Source: a bacterium
Lineage (GTDB): Bacteria > Patescibacteriota > Patescibacteriia > UBA10025
Direction of reading: 5' to 3'
Assembly: GCA_021815445.1 (NCBI GenBank)
Contig: JAKAGM010000002.1
Location: forward strand, 31,373-95,372
DNA: 64,000 nucleotides
Position 1 is the first letter of the stretch, and each line of letters opens with the position of its first letter. The notes beneath the pieces were generated by a model. That model did not search any database, was not told the DNA's origin, and saw nothing but the letters and a program-made list of their open reading frames with translations. Positions 48,368-57,972 of the stretch are shown piece after piece. The translations under genes were made by a program, and so were the position numbers.

Positions 48368-49578
48368 TAGTCCAAATGTTTCAGAGTATCCATTAGTATT
48401 TCCAGCCCCTCGTCCAGCAGTTCTCGGGAAATAGTAAGCGGTGGCATAATTTGCAGGTTGTTTTCGCTGCCGACAACAATGTGCAATCCCTTCGCAAATG
48501 CCGCATCGACTACTCGTTTTGCAGTTTCAGAGTCTTTAAGTTCTACTCCGATTTCCATGCCTTTTCCGTGCAGATTAACGACTGAGCTGCCGACAAATTG
48601 TTGTAATTTCTCAATAATATGCTGCCCCTTTGATTGCGCCATTTCCCACGTTTTTTCCCGCTGGTGGATTTCGAGCGTTTTAAGCGCCGCGGCGCATGCG
48701 ACAGGGGTCCACCCAAAGGTAGTGATAAGAAAAATGTCCTGCAGTATAGACTGGAACATATCAGAGTTTCCGACCACAGTTCCGATGGCTGATGCTCCGT
48801 TGGAAATGGCTTTTGCCATCACGATCATGTCGGGTACTACGCCCTCGTGTTCAATAGCGAAAAGCTTTCCTGTCCGCGAAAAGCCGGTGCCGACTTCATC
48901 GACGGTAAGGAGCGTGCCATACTTTTTTGTCAGCTCACGCATCGACTTGAGAAAACCCGGGTACGCGACCAGCGTCGTTCCCCAGCCCGTGATGATGCCG
49001 GGTTCTGCCACCACTGCTGCGACATCCCGATGGCTAAGCGTTTCTTCTAAAGTTGCGAGGAACTGTTTCATCGCGTCCTCTCCCAAGTTCTCCGAGGGAA
49101 AGTCTAATTGCACGAACTCAGGAACCAGCGGCGCAATTTTTGCTACCGACTCTGAAGAATACCCAAGCGCCAGTGAAGCAAAAAGCTGGCCGTGGTAGCT
49201 GTTCTTGAAACCGACTATTTTTTTCCGGCCGGTGGCGGCGCGTGCGATCTTTATCGATTCCTCGATAGCTTCGGTGCCGCCGGTCGCTTTGACGCAGGCG
49301 TCAAGCCCTTGGGGGAGCGCCGCTGTGAGCTTCGCCGCGTATTCTTCCTGGACAGGATCAGTGCCCCAGAGGAGTCCCTGAACATTTTTCTTGGTTTGAG
49401 CAATAACTGCCTCGTTTACCTCCGGGTGGTTCCATCCTAAGTTGGTCACATTCCACGCGGACGTGAAGTCTATGTATCTTTTCCCGTCCCTGTCCCAAAT
49501 CAGCGAACCTTCCGCTTTTGAAATCCGAAAAAAGTTGTATTTCTTCATGTTCCGGTAGACGATGCTGTTTTCGATCAT
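48367..49578 (-). CDS. Class III PLP-dependent aminotransferase
   Basis: LTVDEVGTGFSRTGKLFAIEHEGVVPDMIVMAKAISNG is the class-III fold with the PLP-binding Lys region. Confidence 0.7.
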   Translation of the reverse strand: MIENSIVYRNMKKYNFFRISKAEGSLIWDRDGKRYIDFTSAWNVTNLGWNHPEVNEAVIAQTKKNVQGLLWGTDPVQEEYAAKLTAALPQGLDACVKATGGTEAIEESIKIARAATGRKKIVGFKNSYHGQLFASLALGYSSESVAKIAPLVPEFVQLDFPSENLGEDAMKQFLATLEETLSHRDVAAVVAEPGIITGWGTTLVAYPGFLKSMRELTKKYGTLLTVDEVGTGFSRTGKLFAIEHEGVVPDMIVMAKAISNGASAIGTVVGNSDMFQSILQDIFLITTFGWTPVACAAALKTLEIHQREKTWEMAQSKGQHIIEKLQQFVGSSVVNLHGKGMEIGVELKDSETAKRVVDAAFAKGLHIVVGSENNLQIMPPLTISRELLDEGLEILMDTLKHLD

Positions 49579-49655
49579 AAGGGTGTATTAATGTGTGGGC
49601 GAAAGTCTTATTAATCAGCGGAACCTATCAATATTGTGCGCGGGTTTACGAGATA

Positions 49656-51074
49656 CTACTGACTAAGCGCGAATGAAGGGTTGCTGGAATGTTGCCAGTC
49701 AACACTTACCGGGCTGCCGCCGAGATCTTTCCGATCCGGTCCGACCGAGTACACCAATTTTTGGTCCGCGGAATATGCCAGTGGCTGCCCGTTGTACGGG
49801 TCTTTGGGCACGGCATCAAGGTATTTTGGAACTATATCAGACCAACTTGCCGGGAGACGGCCATTCTCGGCTGTAAATGCTCGGGAGCCAAGCGTGGCCT
49901 CAGTGGCAGAAATTGCTACAGATTCGTTACAGCGTTTGGTGGACAGACCGCCTAATGACACTTCACCGAGAGAGGCCAGGATTTTACCGATTGCATTAGG
50001 CTTGAATATCCAGGTTGCATTCGGGTATTGCACCGGGAAAGTCCGCGGCGGATTCACGTCCACAATCGTGCAATCGGCTTCCGAGTTGCGCACGCCATCG
50101 GTCATCTGTTCAACCTTATACCGCCATGTTTGGTTTGGATGATAGTAGAATTTTGACAATCCCGAGTAGTCGAGAAAATTGCCCAAACGCGAGTTTCGCT
50201 GGATGGTGCGTCCGTTACTATCGACGCTGATGCTGTATGATCCGAGCAACGGTCCAAGGAGAGAATTTTTTTGCAAGAAATTTTTATACGCGACATACTC
50301 CATTTTCATTGCATTCGCCTGGCCATCTCGGGAATCACGGTAGTCCTCCAGCTTTTGTGCTGTCTCTTTTGCCTGTGCTGTCGTTATGGCAGTATTGAGC
50401 GCGATATGCCGCAAGCCCGTTAAACCGGTTTGTTTAATGCTGCTTGCGACAAGGTAGGTGATCAGGGCTCCTTGGCCATTTTCCATCGTGTGGCCGAATC
50501 GAACCACATCCTTTGCCTCATCCAAGCCGCCCTGGATATCGCCATTTCGCGCCCGTGATTCGGCCTCGAGCGCTGCCACTTGCGCTACTTGGCGGTATGA
50601 GGAATACACCGGAAATATTTCTGTGTCCAAGTCTATGGTAGTCGGTGACGCAAAAACCTGGTCTTGATAGCGGAATTTGCCCGCGGCCTGCCTGAAGAGA
50701 GTGATATCCGCGGCATGATCCGTGATTACTGTTGCCGCGTACGCTTCGTTTCCTGGATAATCATTTACCGCCGCCACTAACCTAGGGTCCGGTTCTGAGG
50801 GGAATGAATGCGCATTCTCAATCCGCTGCATTTCCACAAATGCGTTGTCCGTATCAGCGACAACTACGTTCGGCAAAAACAATAACGAGTCGTCCGGCCG
50901 CGGTTCATCATGAGTAAAAATTACAGCGAATAAGAAAAAGGCCGCCAGTAAAACGATGGGAATGGCTACAATGAGGAGGGAAATCGGGATAATGCGATGG
51001 GAATGGTTCATACGAGCGGTAGTTAATGCGGAGGAGGAAGTTCCACCAGTCAGCGGAGTTTTATCGTCCCGCAT
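49656..51074 (-). CDS. Membrane-anchored extracellular hypothetical protein
   Basis: N-terminal TM helix (IIPISLLIVAIPIVLLAAFFLF) and a large soluble domain. No family recognised. Confidence 0.4.
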   Translation of the reverse strand: MRDDKTPLTGGTSSSALTTARMNHSHRIIPISLLIVAIPIVLLAAFFLFAVIFTHDEPRPDDSLLFLPNVVVADTDNAFVEMQRIENAHSFPSEPDPRLVAAVNDYPGNEAYAATVITDHAADITLFRQAAGKFRYQDQVFASPTTIDLDTEIFPVYSSYRQVAQVAALEAESRARNGDIQGGLDEAKDVVRFGHTMENGQGALITYLVASSIKQTGLTGLRHIALNTAITTAQAKETAQKLEDYRDSRDGQANAMKMEYVAYKNFLQKNSLLGPLLGSYSISVDSNGRTIQRNSRLGNFLDYSGLSKFYYHPNQTWRYKVEQMTDGVRNSEADCTIVDVNPPRTFPVQYPNATWIFKPNAIGKILASLGEVSLGGLSTKRCNESVAISATEATLGSRAFTAENGRLPASWSDIVPKYLDAVPKDPYNGQPLAYSADQKLVYSVGPDRKDLGGSPVSVDWQHSSNPSFALSQ

Positions 51075-51357
51075 TCACGAAACTTTACATGACTCTTTGT
51101 TGTCGTAGGACGGCCTCCTCTTGGAAGATACTACTACCCTAGCAAGAAAAACCAAGAAAGTGAAGAAACGCCGATGAGCTTTTCCCTGCTGAGTTGAAGC
51201 TGAGTCGCACGTAGTACCGAGAACAAAGGCAGAAAAAAACGCTCGTATCAGGAAAGATATCGGACACTGATGTCGACCTCATCAAGATTTATGTGATAGA
51301 CTGAAAGAAGTCAAAAAATTACTGTGTAAAGAAAAAAGATGCAAAATTGCAAAGACA

Positions 51358-53415
51358 ATGAGCTTGAACGAAACTACGATCACGAAACTGGGAACTAACA
51401 AAAAGATTGCGCCGTCCGGTCTGCGAATGCGGCTGTTCATGACCAGCGGTCTGCTGTTGTTTTTAGAGTTGGCGCTTATTCGCTTTATTCCTTCGCAAAT
51501 TACCTACTTTGGGTACTACGCCAACTACATTCTACTCGCCAGTTTTGTCGGCATCGGCGTCGGAACACTGCTGGCAAGCCGGCGGTTTTCATTTCAAACA
51601 ATATTTCCCTGCCTGCTTCTAGCGGTCGTTCTGGTTTGTATGTTCTTTTCTTTCACTGTGGCACCGGGTGTAAACGGAGAAATTCGATTCACGTCGAGCA
51701 CCGAGGGATATATCCTCCCGGACTACCTCCTGGTGCCTGCCATTTTCCTCATTGTGGCGCTCACATTTGCCTCGGTAGGCCAGTATCTCGGCAGGTTGCT
51801 GGATCTCGGCAAACCGCTTGTCGTGTATACATGGGATATTCTGGGAAGCCTGGCGGGTATCGCAATCTTCACGCTTTTCTCCTACCTCCAAACGCCTCCG
51901 TGGATGTGGTTCATTGTCGTAGTGTGCCTGGCAACGGCCATGCCATGGCCCGCTCGACGGATTTTCCGGGTCTTCGCTGTAATCTTTTTTATCATGGTTG
52001 TTGCCCTATCCGTGCAGGCGGGAAAAAGTCAGCGCTGGTCCCCATACCAAAAGGTGACCACAACGCCAGTATACGAAAATTCCGTACCCCGCACTCTAAG
52101 CGGCTATCGTTTATCTGTCAATAACATCGGCCATCAGGAAATTATCCGTGATTTTTCTTCCCTACACTGGTTCTACGCCTATCCCTACAGGGCACCCAGT
52201 AATGCGACGTTCAATCGGGCCCTTATCATTGGCGCCGGTACCGGTAATGATGTTGCTGTGGCGCTTGCGCACGGCGTCAAGCATGTGGATGCGGTGGAAA
52301 TTGACCCGGTATTATTCGACATCGGTAAAAAGATTCACCCCAACAAGCCGTATGACGATCCTCGGGTGACGGTATATGTCGATGACGGCCGGGCGTTTCT
52401 GCAAAAAACGAAATCTACCTATGACTTGATTATTTACGCTCTCCCTGATTCACTGGTTTTGGCGGCTAGCCATGGCAACCTGCGATTGGAGAGTTATCTG
52501 TTCACGTTGGAATCCTTCGCTGCGGCAAAAAAGCATCTGGCGCCGGACGGGTTATTCGCACTGTACAATTTCTACCGCCAGCCCTGGCTGGTAGAAAAAA
52601 TTACCGGCATGGTCGACAGCACCTTTGGCAAGCCGTCGTATCTCTTTTATGGCAGAGATAACATAGACGGAATCGTGATGAACGGCGGACGGATTGATTC
52701 ACTGGTTCCGGAAGCCGAGCCGTCCCGCACGGTGCAAAACCCGCCGCCTCCAGCCACTGACACCTGGCCTTTCCTCTATCTTCGAAATCCCTCGGTGCCA
52801 CTGTACTATATCGAAATGCTAGCCATCATCGCGCTTATCATCAGCGGTCTCGTATTCTCAGCGCTCCGCGGAACTGCACAACGCAAACTGGAGCCGACAT
52901 ACTTCTTTCTTGGCGCCGCATTCCTCCTGTTGGAAACCAAAAGTATCACGCAGTTTGCCCTGTTGTTCGGTTCGACCTGGATGGTCAATGCGCTGGTGTT
53001 TTTTGCCATTCTTTTATTAGTGCTGGCTGCGATTCGTTTGGTTGACCGTCTGCGCATCGGCTCTCTCACACCCTGGTATATTGCACTCGGTCTTTCATTG
53101 GTTATTCAGTTTTTGGTTCCGCTGTCGATTGTGCTGCCGCTTTCGCCGGCTCTGCGCTATGTCCTCGGCGCACTATTGACACTTTTCCCGGTCTTTCTCG
53201 GCAATGTGATCTTTGCCCGGACGTTTCGGGATTCAACGCACAACGCGACAAACTTCGCATTCAACCTTCTCGGGGCGGCTGCCGGAGGCATTTTGGAATA
53301 CTCAGCGATGCTAATCGGATATCAGTATCTGGTCCTTGTTGTGATGGCGATGTACGCGCTCGCATTTATCATGCCATATGTAGGCCGTCGCCAGAAAGTT
53401 TTGACAAGCGCCTAA
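51358..53415 (+). CDS. Fused polytopic membrane domain / spermidine-synthase-like (PABS) protein
   Basis: Central ALIIGAGTGNDV...VEIDPVLFDIGKK...VYVDDGRAFL is the PABS/SpeE fold. TM bundles lie at both the N- and C-terminal ends. Confidence 0.6.
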   Translation: MSLNETTITKLGTNKKIAPSGLRMRLFMTSGLLLFLELALIRFIPSQITYFGYYANYILLASFVGIGVGTLLASRRFSFQTIFPCLLLAVVLVCMFFSFTVAPGVNGEIRFTSSTEGYILPDYLLVPAIFLIVALTFASVGQYLGRLLDLGKPLVVYTWDILGSLAGIAIFTLFSYLQTPPWMWFIVVVCLATAMPWPARRIFRVFAVIFFIMVVALSVQAGKSQRWSPYQKVTTTPVYENSVPRTLSGYRLSVNNIGHQEIIRDFSSLHWFYAYPYRAPSNATFNRALIIGAGTGNDVAVALAHGVKHVDAVEIDPVLFDIGKKIHPNKPYDDPRVTVYVDDGRAFLQKTKSTYDLIIYALPDSLVLAASHGNLRLESYLFTLESFAAAKKHLAPDGLFALYNFYRQPWLVEKITGMVDSTFGKPSYLFYGRDNIDGIVMNGGRIDSLVPEAEPSRTVQNPPPPATDTWPFLYLRNPSVPLYYIEMLAIIALIISGLVFSALRGTAQRKLEPTYFFLGAAFLLLETKSITQFALLFGSTWMVNALVFFAILLLVLAAIRLVDRLRIGSLTPWYIALGLSLVIQFLVPLSIVLPLSPALRYVLGALLTLFPVFLGNVIFARTFRDSTHNATNFAFNLLGAAAGGILEYSAMLIGYQYLVLVVMAMYALAFIMPYVGRRQKVLTSA

Positions 53416-53583
53416 CATGGGATGCAATATTCACAAAAAGCCAGCTCAGCGGCGGTGAGTGGCGGGCGATTTATGAGTTCCGGAGCGGAGGAGGTGACGC
53501 CACAAATCGGTGGGGCAGGGATTTGTTACGGAACAAGCCCCAAACGGAGGAGAGAGGATTCGTCACGGGGGGAACCTGCAAAA

Positions 53584-53670
53584 CGGAAGGGGTGAGATTC
53601 GAACTCACGAAGCCCGTGAAGGCTTATCGGTTTTCGAGACCGACCCGTTCGACCACTCCGGCACCCTTCC
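53584..53670 (-). tRNA. tRNA-Ser (anticodon CGA), type II with long variable arm; CCA not encoded
   Basis: Minus strand GGAAGGGTGCCGGAGTGGTCGAACGGGTCGGTCTCGAAAACCGATAAGCCTTCACGGGCTTCGTGAGTTCGAATCTCACCCCTTCCG. Acceptor, D, anticodon (TCGGT/ACCGA stem, loop CTCGAAA) and T arms fold by hand. Confidence 0.8.
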
Positions 53671-53680
53671 ACTTTGAAGG

Positions 53681-53944
53681 CTACTTTTGTATATCAAGTA
53701 GCAAGTCGCGGATCTGCTGCTTAAGGAATCTTTTACCTTCAGTCGTTTTTAAATATTTTTCACGCCGTTCTGCGTCCGATTTTCTTGAGTAAACTTCATA
53801 ATGCACCAACCTAAGCGGGTGCCGATACTGAGTTGATTTTACTTTCCCATTTTTATGTTGCTCAAGCATACCTTCTAGATTTGTAGTGAAACCAGTATAC
53901 AACTGTTTGTTGGAAAGTAATAATATGTAAACGTAGTTGTTCAT
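53681..53944 (-). CDS. GIY-YIG nuclease family protein (small, 87 aa)
   Basis: YVYILLLSNKQLYTGFTTNLEGMLEQHKNG is the GIY-YIG core. It lies between a tRNA-Ser and a duplicated tRNA 5' half. Confidence 0.75.
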   Translation of the reverse strand: MNNYVYILLLSNKQLYTGFTTNLEGMLEQHKNGKVKSTQYRHPLRLVHYEVYSRKSDAERREKYLKTTEGKRFLKQQIRDLLLDIQK

Positions 53945-54005
53945 ATAATTCAGGTAGCGGTTTTCGCCCTGTCATTCGACAGGGCGCCCCGAGTTTATCT
54001 CGGGG

Positions 54006-54041
54006 CGAGACCGACCCGTTCGACCACTCCGGCACCCTTCC
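54006..54041 (-). pseudogene. Duplicated 5' half of tRNA-Ser(CGA): 36 nt, acceptor through anticodon loop position 35
   Basis: Identical to nt 1-36 of the complete tRNA. It is followed by two hairpins (CCCCGAG-ataaa-CTCGGGG and CGCCCTGTC-gaat-GACAGGGCG) and not by a 3' half. Confidence 0.7.
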
Positions 54042-54176
54042 ATTCAGGGCTCCAGTGTATATAAAAAATTGGATTTAGGCAATGCTTACAACACGATCAG
54101 ATTTCATTGTATAAGGAGGTCCCGAGATCCTTCACTGCATTCAGGACATGGTTCGGGATGACAGACTCAAGTTGAA

Positions 54177-55430
54177 TCAGAACAATGACGACTGGCCCAC
54201 CGGTTTTGCCCGCTCCGCATCCGAAAAGACTTTAATGATACCGTACGTACCATCGTACCCAGGCGTTATCTGAAGCTTACCCGCTCTTACGCGCATGACA
54301 CCCTCGGCAACCATTGGCTGTGTTATTGCCCGCAGCTCTTTTTCTGGGATATTCAGAAGAATGTTAAATTCACTCTTTCCAACGTTCACGAGCCTGTCGT
54401 ATTCCGCGGCGACTGATTTGGAAAGCTTGCCCACGCCCAGCGCTTCGCCGATGATTTCAGCAAGCGGGACCAGACTTTTAAATGGCGGACGGTTGCCTGG
54501 ATTAAATCCTTGGGGACGTTGTGTTAGCGTTTCCACACGGTTCATGACGCCGACGGTCACTTTCTTCCCGCAGACGGGGCAGATGCCCTTGTGCTGTTTA
54601 GTATCCCGGGGAGACCAACGCGTTTTGCAGTTCCGATGCCCGTCCCAGTGGTACATGCCTTCCTCCGGAAAGAACTCTATGGTAAACGCAATTCTGTTCT
54701 CCGCAGATTTCTGGCGGATGGAGTCAGCTATGACCTGATATGAGCGTTCCTTCAGTTCAAACACCGTCGCTTCACGGCCGATATTGGGAGCCGAGTGAGC
54801 ATCGGAGAAAGACACGATTGATTTCGAATCAAGCTCAGCTATTCTCCAGTTCATCGGCGGGTCAGATGAAAGGCCTGTTTCTATTGCATAGATTGACGGT
54901 GCCAACTCGTCAAAACATTCCTGCAGCGAGTCAAATCCCGACATGGAGCCGAATAAACCGAACCACGGTGTCCACACGTGGGCCGGGATGACCAGACAAT
55001 CTGGCGAGGCGTCAAGGACAATTTTTGCCAGCTCTTTTGCATCAAGGCCGATGATTGGCCTGCCGTCTGACTTCAAGTTGCCGATCCAGCCGAGCTGAGC
55101 GTTTATTTTTTCCGCAACGGCAAACGACGGAGCGTACAGCAGGATGTGGACCCGTCTTCCCTTTCCATTTTTTGAGTAAATGCAACTCACTTCCGCCGAA
55201 AGCAAAAAGCGAATCGGTGACCCCGACCCCTTTTGTTTGTACAAGCCGGGCTCAGCTTCTTCGAGCTCTTCTTTCAACTCCGTGAACCATTCTGGGTGCG
55301 TAAAATCCCCGGTACCGATGACATCAATGCCTTTTTTTATCCCCCACGTCTCAAGATTCTTGATGGTCATCTCTTTAGATACGGCACGGGCGAAACGTGA
55401 ATGAATTTCAAGATCGCAAATTATCCGCAT
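54177..55430 (-). CDS. PHP-domain endonuclease Q-like protein (TIGR00375 family)
   Basis: The N-terminal MRIICDLEIHSRFARAVS (PHP His motif), an internal zinc-finger CPVCGKK and the ~417-aa length match EndoQ architecture. Confidence 0.5.
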   Translation of the reverse strand: MRIICDLEIHSRFARAVSKEMTIKNLETWGIKKGIDVIGTGDFTHPEWFTELKEELEEAEPGLYKQKGSGSPIRFLLSAEVSCIYSKNGKGRRVHILLYAPSFAVAEKINAQLGWIGNLKSDGRPIIGLDAKELAKIVLDASPDCLVIPAHVWTPWFGLFGSMSGFDSLQECFDELAPSIYAIETGLSSDPPMNWRIAELDSKSIVSFSDAHSAPNIGREATVFELKERSYQVIADSIRQKSAENRIAFTIEFFPEEGMYHWDGHRNCKTRWSPRDTKQHKGICPVCGKKVTVGVMNRVETLTQRPQGFNPGNRPPFKSLVPLAEIIGEALGVGKLSKSVAAEYDRLVNVGKSEFNILLNIPEKELRAITQPMVAEGVMRVRAGKLQITPGYDGTYGIIKVFSDAERAKPVGQSSLF

Positions 55431-55538
55431 ACGAAATTCGCCTGTAGTATAGCATTACCCAAGATCCATGTCGCTGTTTTTTTGTAGAGAGAAAAAAGCG
55501 TACTCGGGGGAGTACGCGTAGAATTCCATGTTCATGTT

Positions 55539-56543
55539 TCAAGAAAGGGCGAGCGTGAGAGCCTCACGGAGCTTCACTGGGCAGTGCGTGAGCCAGTGGG
55601 GCGATTTTAGTTGACTACCCGGGCGCTCACCCTCACTGAGCGAGATGTTCTGGGGGATGAGGTCACTGAAAACGGCGGCAAAGTTTCCGGATTCTCCCAG
55701 AGTCGGAGCGACGGGCTCAGCCCCAATGGAACGATAACGGTCGAGCACATTCTCCGGTACTGCTCCGGTGTTGACGATCACTACATCGGGCAACCTTCCC
55801 AAGTATGGTGGCAGCATTGAAACATGATTGCCCGCATTCCAGCCGTCGGTAAGGCCGGGCTGCGTCATCATATTGCACAACATAATGACTTTTGCCCGAC
55901 TGTCTCGAACGGCATCCTTGATTCCCTTCGGAAGCAATGCCGAGATAATTCCCGTGTGGAGTGATCCCGGGGCAATGATGATAACATCGGCGCTCCGTAT
56001 TGCCTCGATAGCAGGCGGGTACGCCCCGGCATCATTTGACAGACGCATCTGGGCGATGGGTATGCGGGGAACACGTTGAATGATGTTCCATTCACCCGTG
56101 ACGACACTGCCGTCGGTCAATTCAGCGACAACGTTGACGTTAGCCTCCGTCGCAGGCAATACCTTTCCGAGACAGCCTAGATCGCGCGCGACTGTTTCGA
56201 ATGCAGCTCCTATCCCCCCCAAGGAAAGAATGTGATCTGCGATGAGCAGATTTCCTACGGATATCCCCGCTTCGTTTCCATCTCTGAACCGGACCGCGAA
56301 GGCAGATGCTTCCGTAGTGTTCGGCGCTAAAGCCTGAATACAGTTGCGTCCATCGCCGACTTGCGGTATTCCATGAAGTTCTCGCAGATCGCCACTATGT
56401 CCCCCAGTGTCGGTAACCGAGACGATGGCCGTAAGTGATTGAGCATATCCTCGGACTGCTCCGAGAATGCTTGCTTGTCCGGTACCCGCGCCGATAACTG
56501 CCACTTTCTGGTCCTGTAATGCGGTGAAAGGGACTTCAGTCAT
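55539..56543 (-). CDS. yvcK: YvcK/UPF0052 family protein (gluconeogenesis factor; UDP-sugar binding)
   Basis: VAVIGAGTGQASILGAVRG...VSVTDTGGHSGDLR parallels YvcK (VIGGGTG...VADDGGSSGRLR). Confidence 0.6.
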   Translation of the reverse strand: MTEVPFTALQDQKVAVIGAGTGQASILGAVRGYAQSLTAIVSVTDTGGHSGDLRELHGIPQVGDGRNCIQALAPNTTEASAFAVRFRDGNEAGISVGNLLIADHILSLGGIGAAFETVARDLGCLGKVLPATEANVNVVAELTDGSVVTGEWNIIQRVPRIPIAQMRLSNDAGAYPPAIEAIRSADVIIIAPGSLHTGIISALLPKGIKDAVRDSRAKVIMLCNMMTQPGLTDGWNAGNHVSMLPPYLGRLPDVVIVNTGAVPENVLDRYRSIGAEPVAPTLGESGNFAAVFSDLIPQNISLSEGERPGSQLKSPHWLTHCPVKLREALTLALS

Positions 56544-56698
56544 TAACCACCTCCCTGGTGTATGTCCTTGTTGCTTTAAGTTGCTTTCAAGAGTTAACGA
56601 ACTTTTTTCTCGCGTGTGAAGTATTTTTCTTCACGCTCAATCAATAAATGGCGAGAGCATTTTCTCCCCGCTTTTTGACTGATCATGAGCACCGTCGA

Positions 56699-57967
56699 TT
56701 AAATTTCAGTGCGCAGTTTTTTTGTCTTGGAAAATACCTTTTTGAAGTATTCTTGTTGGACTTCGGTAAATTCCTGATCCCGTCTCCGCATAACCCGCGA
56801 GGTAACTTCTGTGGCCTTGTCAAACATATATTCTTCTGTGCCATCCAGCGTATTATGCCATGAGAAGGGCGGCAGGTATTTTGGCTGGAAGCCGGGACCG
56901 AAAACGTTGCTTATTGGGCCTATATTCGTGCCTCCCGCGAACATACTATTAATACCGGATTTTACATGATCCCCCATAAGAAGTCCAATGAAAAGCTGGC
57001 CCGTGTCAACCGGCGCTCCCGAGAGATGGACTCGAATAGGCGAATACGTATTTTTCAAATCACTGGTTGTCGTTCCTGCGCCGAGATTGCACCAACTCCC
57101 GATGTAGCTGTGTCCGACAAATCCGTAGTGCTGCTTGTTCGTGAATGGCAGGATAATTGAGTCCTCGACCTCGCCGCCGATTTTGCACGTATGTCCAATA
57201 GTGGTTCCACCATACAATGTCGCACCAGCCTTAATGACGGTGTTGTGACCGATATAGATGGGCCCCTTTATCACGCTGTTTGCCATTATCCGGGCGCCAT
57301 GCTCAATAATAATGGGGCCTTCGGTCGCGTCCAAAACGACTCCGGATTCGGCAACGCTTTCCGGCGCGAGAAAAATATTTTTAGGGTTCACCTGGACTGT
57401 AGTGGCATAGACCATACCCTCCTGTTTCCCAAGTGGAAAGGCGCGGGCGTTCTCCTGAAGCGCTCCGCCGTTATCGAGCATGAGCTCCCAGATGTACGAG
57501 TACAGTTTTATCGAAATCTCTTCATTGGGGATGGATCCGCGAATCTCCTTCAAGTAGCCATAAATATTCCCCTTGCGGTTTTCCGTTAATATCACTCGTG
57601 CAGCAACTATGGTATCGTGAGCAACATACATAACGCCGTTTCCGGCGAGCTTAATAATCTGAGCCAAACGATCCGGGTGTGCGACGCGAGCATTCACAAA
57701 GAGATACTCTCCGGCTTCAAGATTATTTGTCGTTATATCATCTCCCAGATCAGCCACAGGTGCAAGCTCATCGCGGCAACTCAGTGATGTCAGCAAGTCG
57801 GGAAACGCGAGAGCAAAGCGGTGATAACGTGGCATGGTTCCTTGCATCAGCTCCCATACAGGGTGAAAGTAATGCAACGGTTCAAATGAAGCTACGGTCT
57901 CATCCTCAAAAATACACAATCGAGTCGGCTCGATTTGAAATTTCTTTTTTTTCGAAAAAAACCCCAT
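56699..57967 (-). CDS. Left-handed beta-helix (hexapeptide repeat) protein, GlmU C-terminal-like, with a non-canonical N-terminal domain
   Basis: C-terminal hexapeptide repeats (IGHNTVIKAGATLYGGTTIGHTCKIGGEV...). The N-terminus lacks the GxGTRM nucleotidyltransferase motif. Lies between glmS and yvcK. Confidence 0.45.
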   Translation of the reverse strand: MGFFSKKKKFQIEPTRLCIFEDETVASFEPLHYFHPVWELMQGTMPRYHRFALAFPDLLTSLSCRDELAPVADLGDDITTNNLEAGEYLFVNARVAHPDRLAQIIKLAGNGVMYVAHDTIVAARVILTENRKGNIYGYLKEIRGSIPNEEISIKLYSYIWELMLDNGGALQENARAFPLGKQEGMVYATTVQVNPKNIFLAPESVAESGVVLDATEGPIIIEHGARIMANSVIKGPIYIGHNTVIKAGATLYGGTTIGHTCKIGGEVEDSIILPFTNKQHYGFVGHSYIGSWCNLGAGTTTSDLKNTYSPIRVHLSGAPVDTGQLFIGLLMGDHVKSGINSMFAGGTNIGPISNVFGPGFQPKYLPPFSWHNTLDGTEEYMFDKATEVTSRVMRRRDQEFTEVQQEYFKKVFSKTKKLRTEI

Positions 57968-57972
57968 AGTAA

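Noticed and set aside
53584-54041. Intron-containing tRNA-Ser with an intron-encoded GIY-YIG homing endonuclease
   Set aside because: The downstream copy is a complete tRNA, not a 3' half. The upstream piece is a duplicate 5' half, so this is not a split or intron-containing tRNA.
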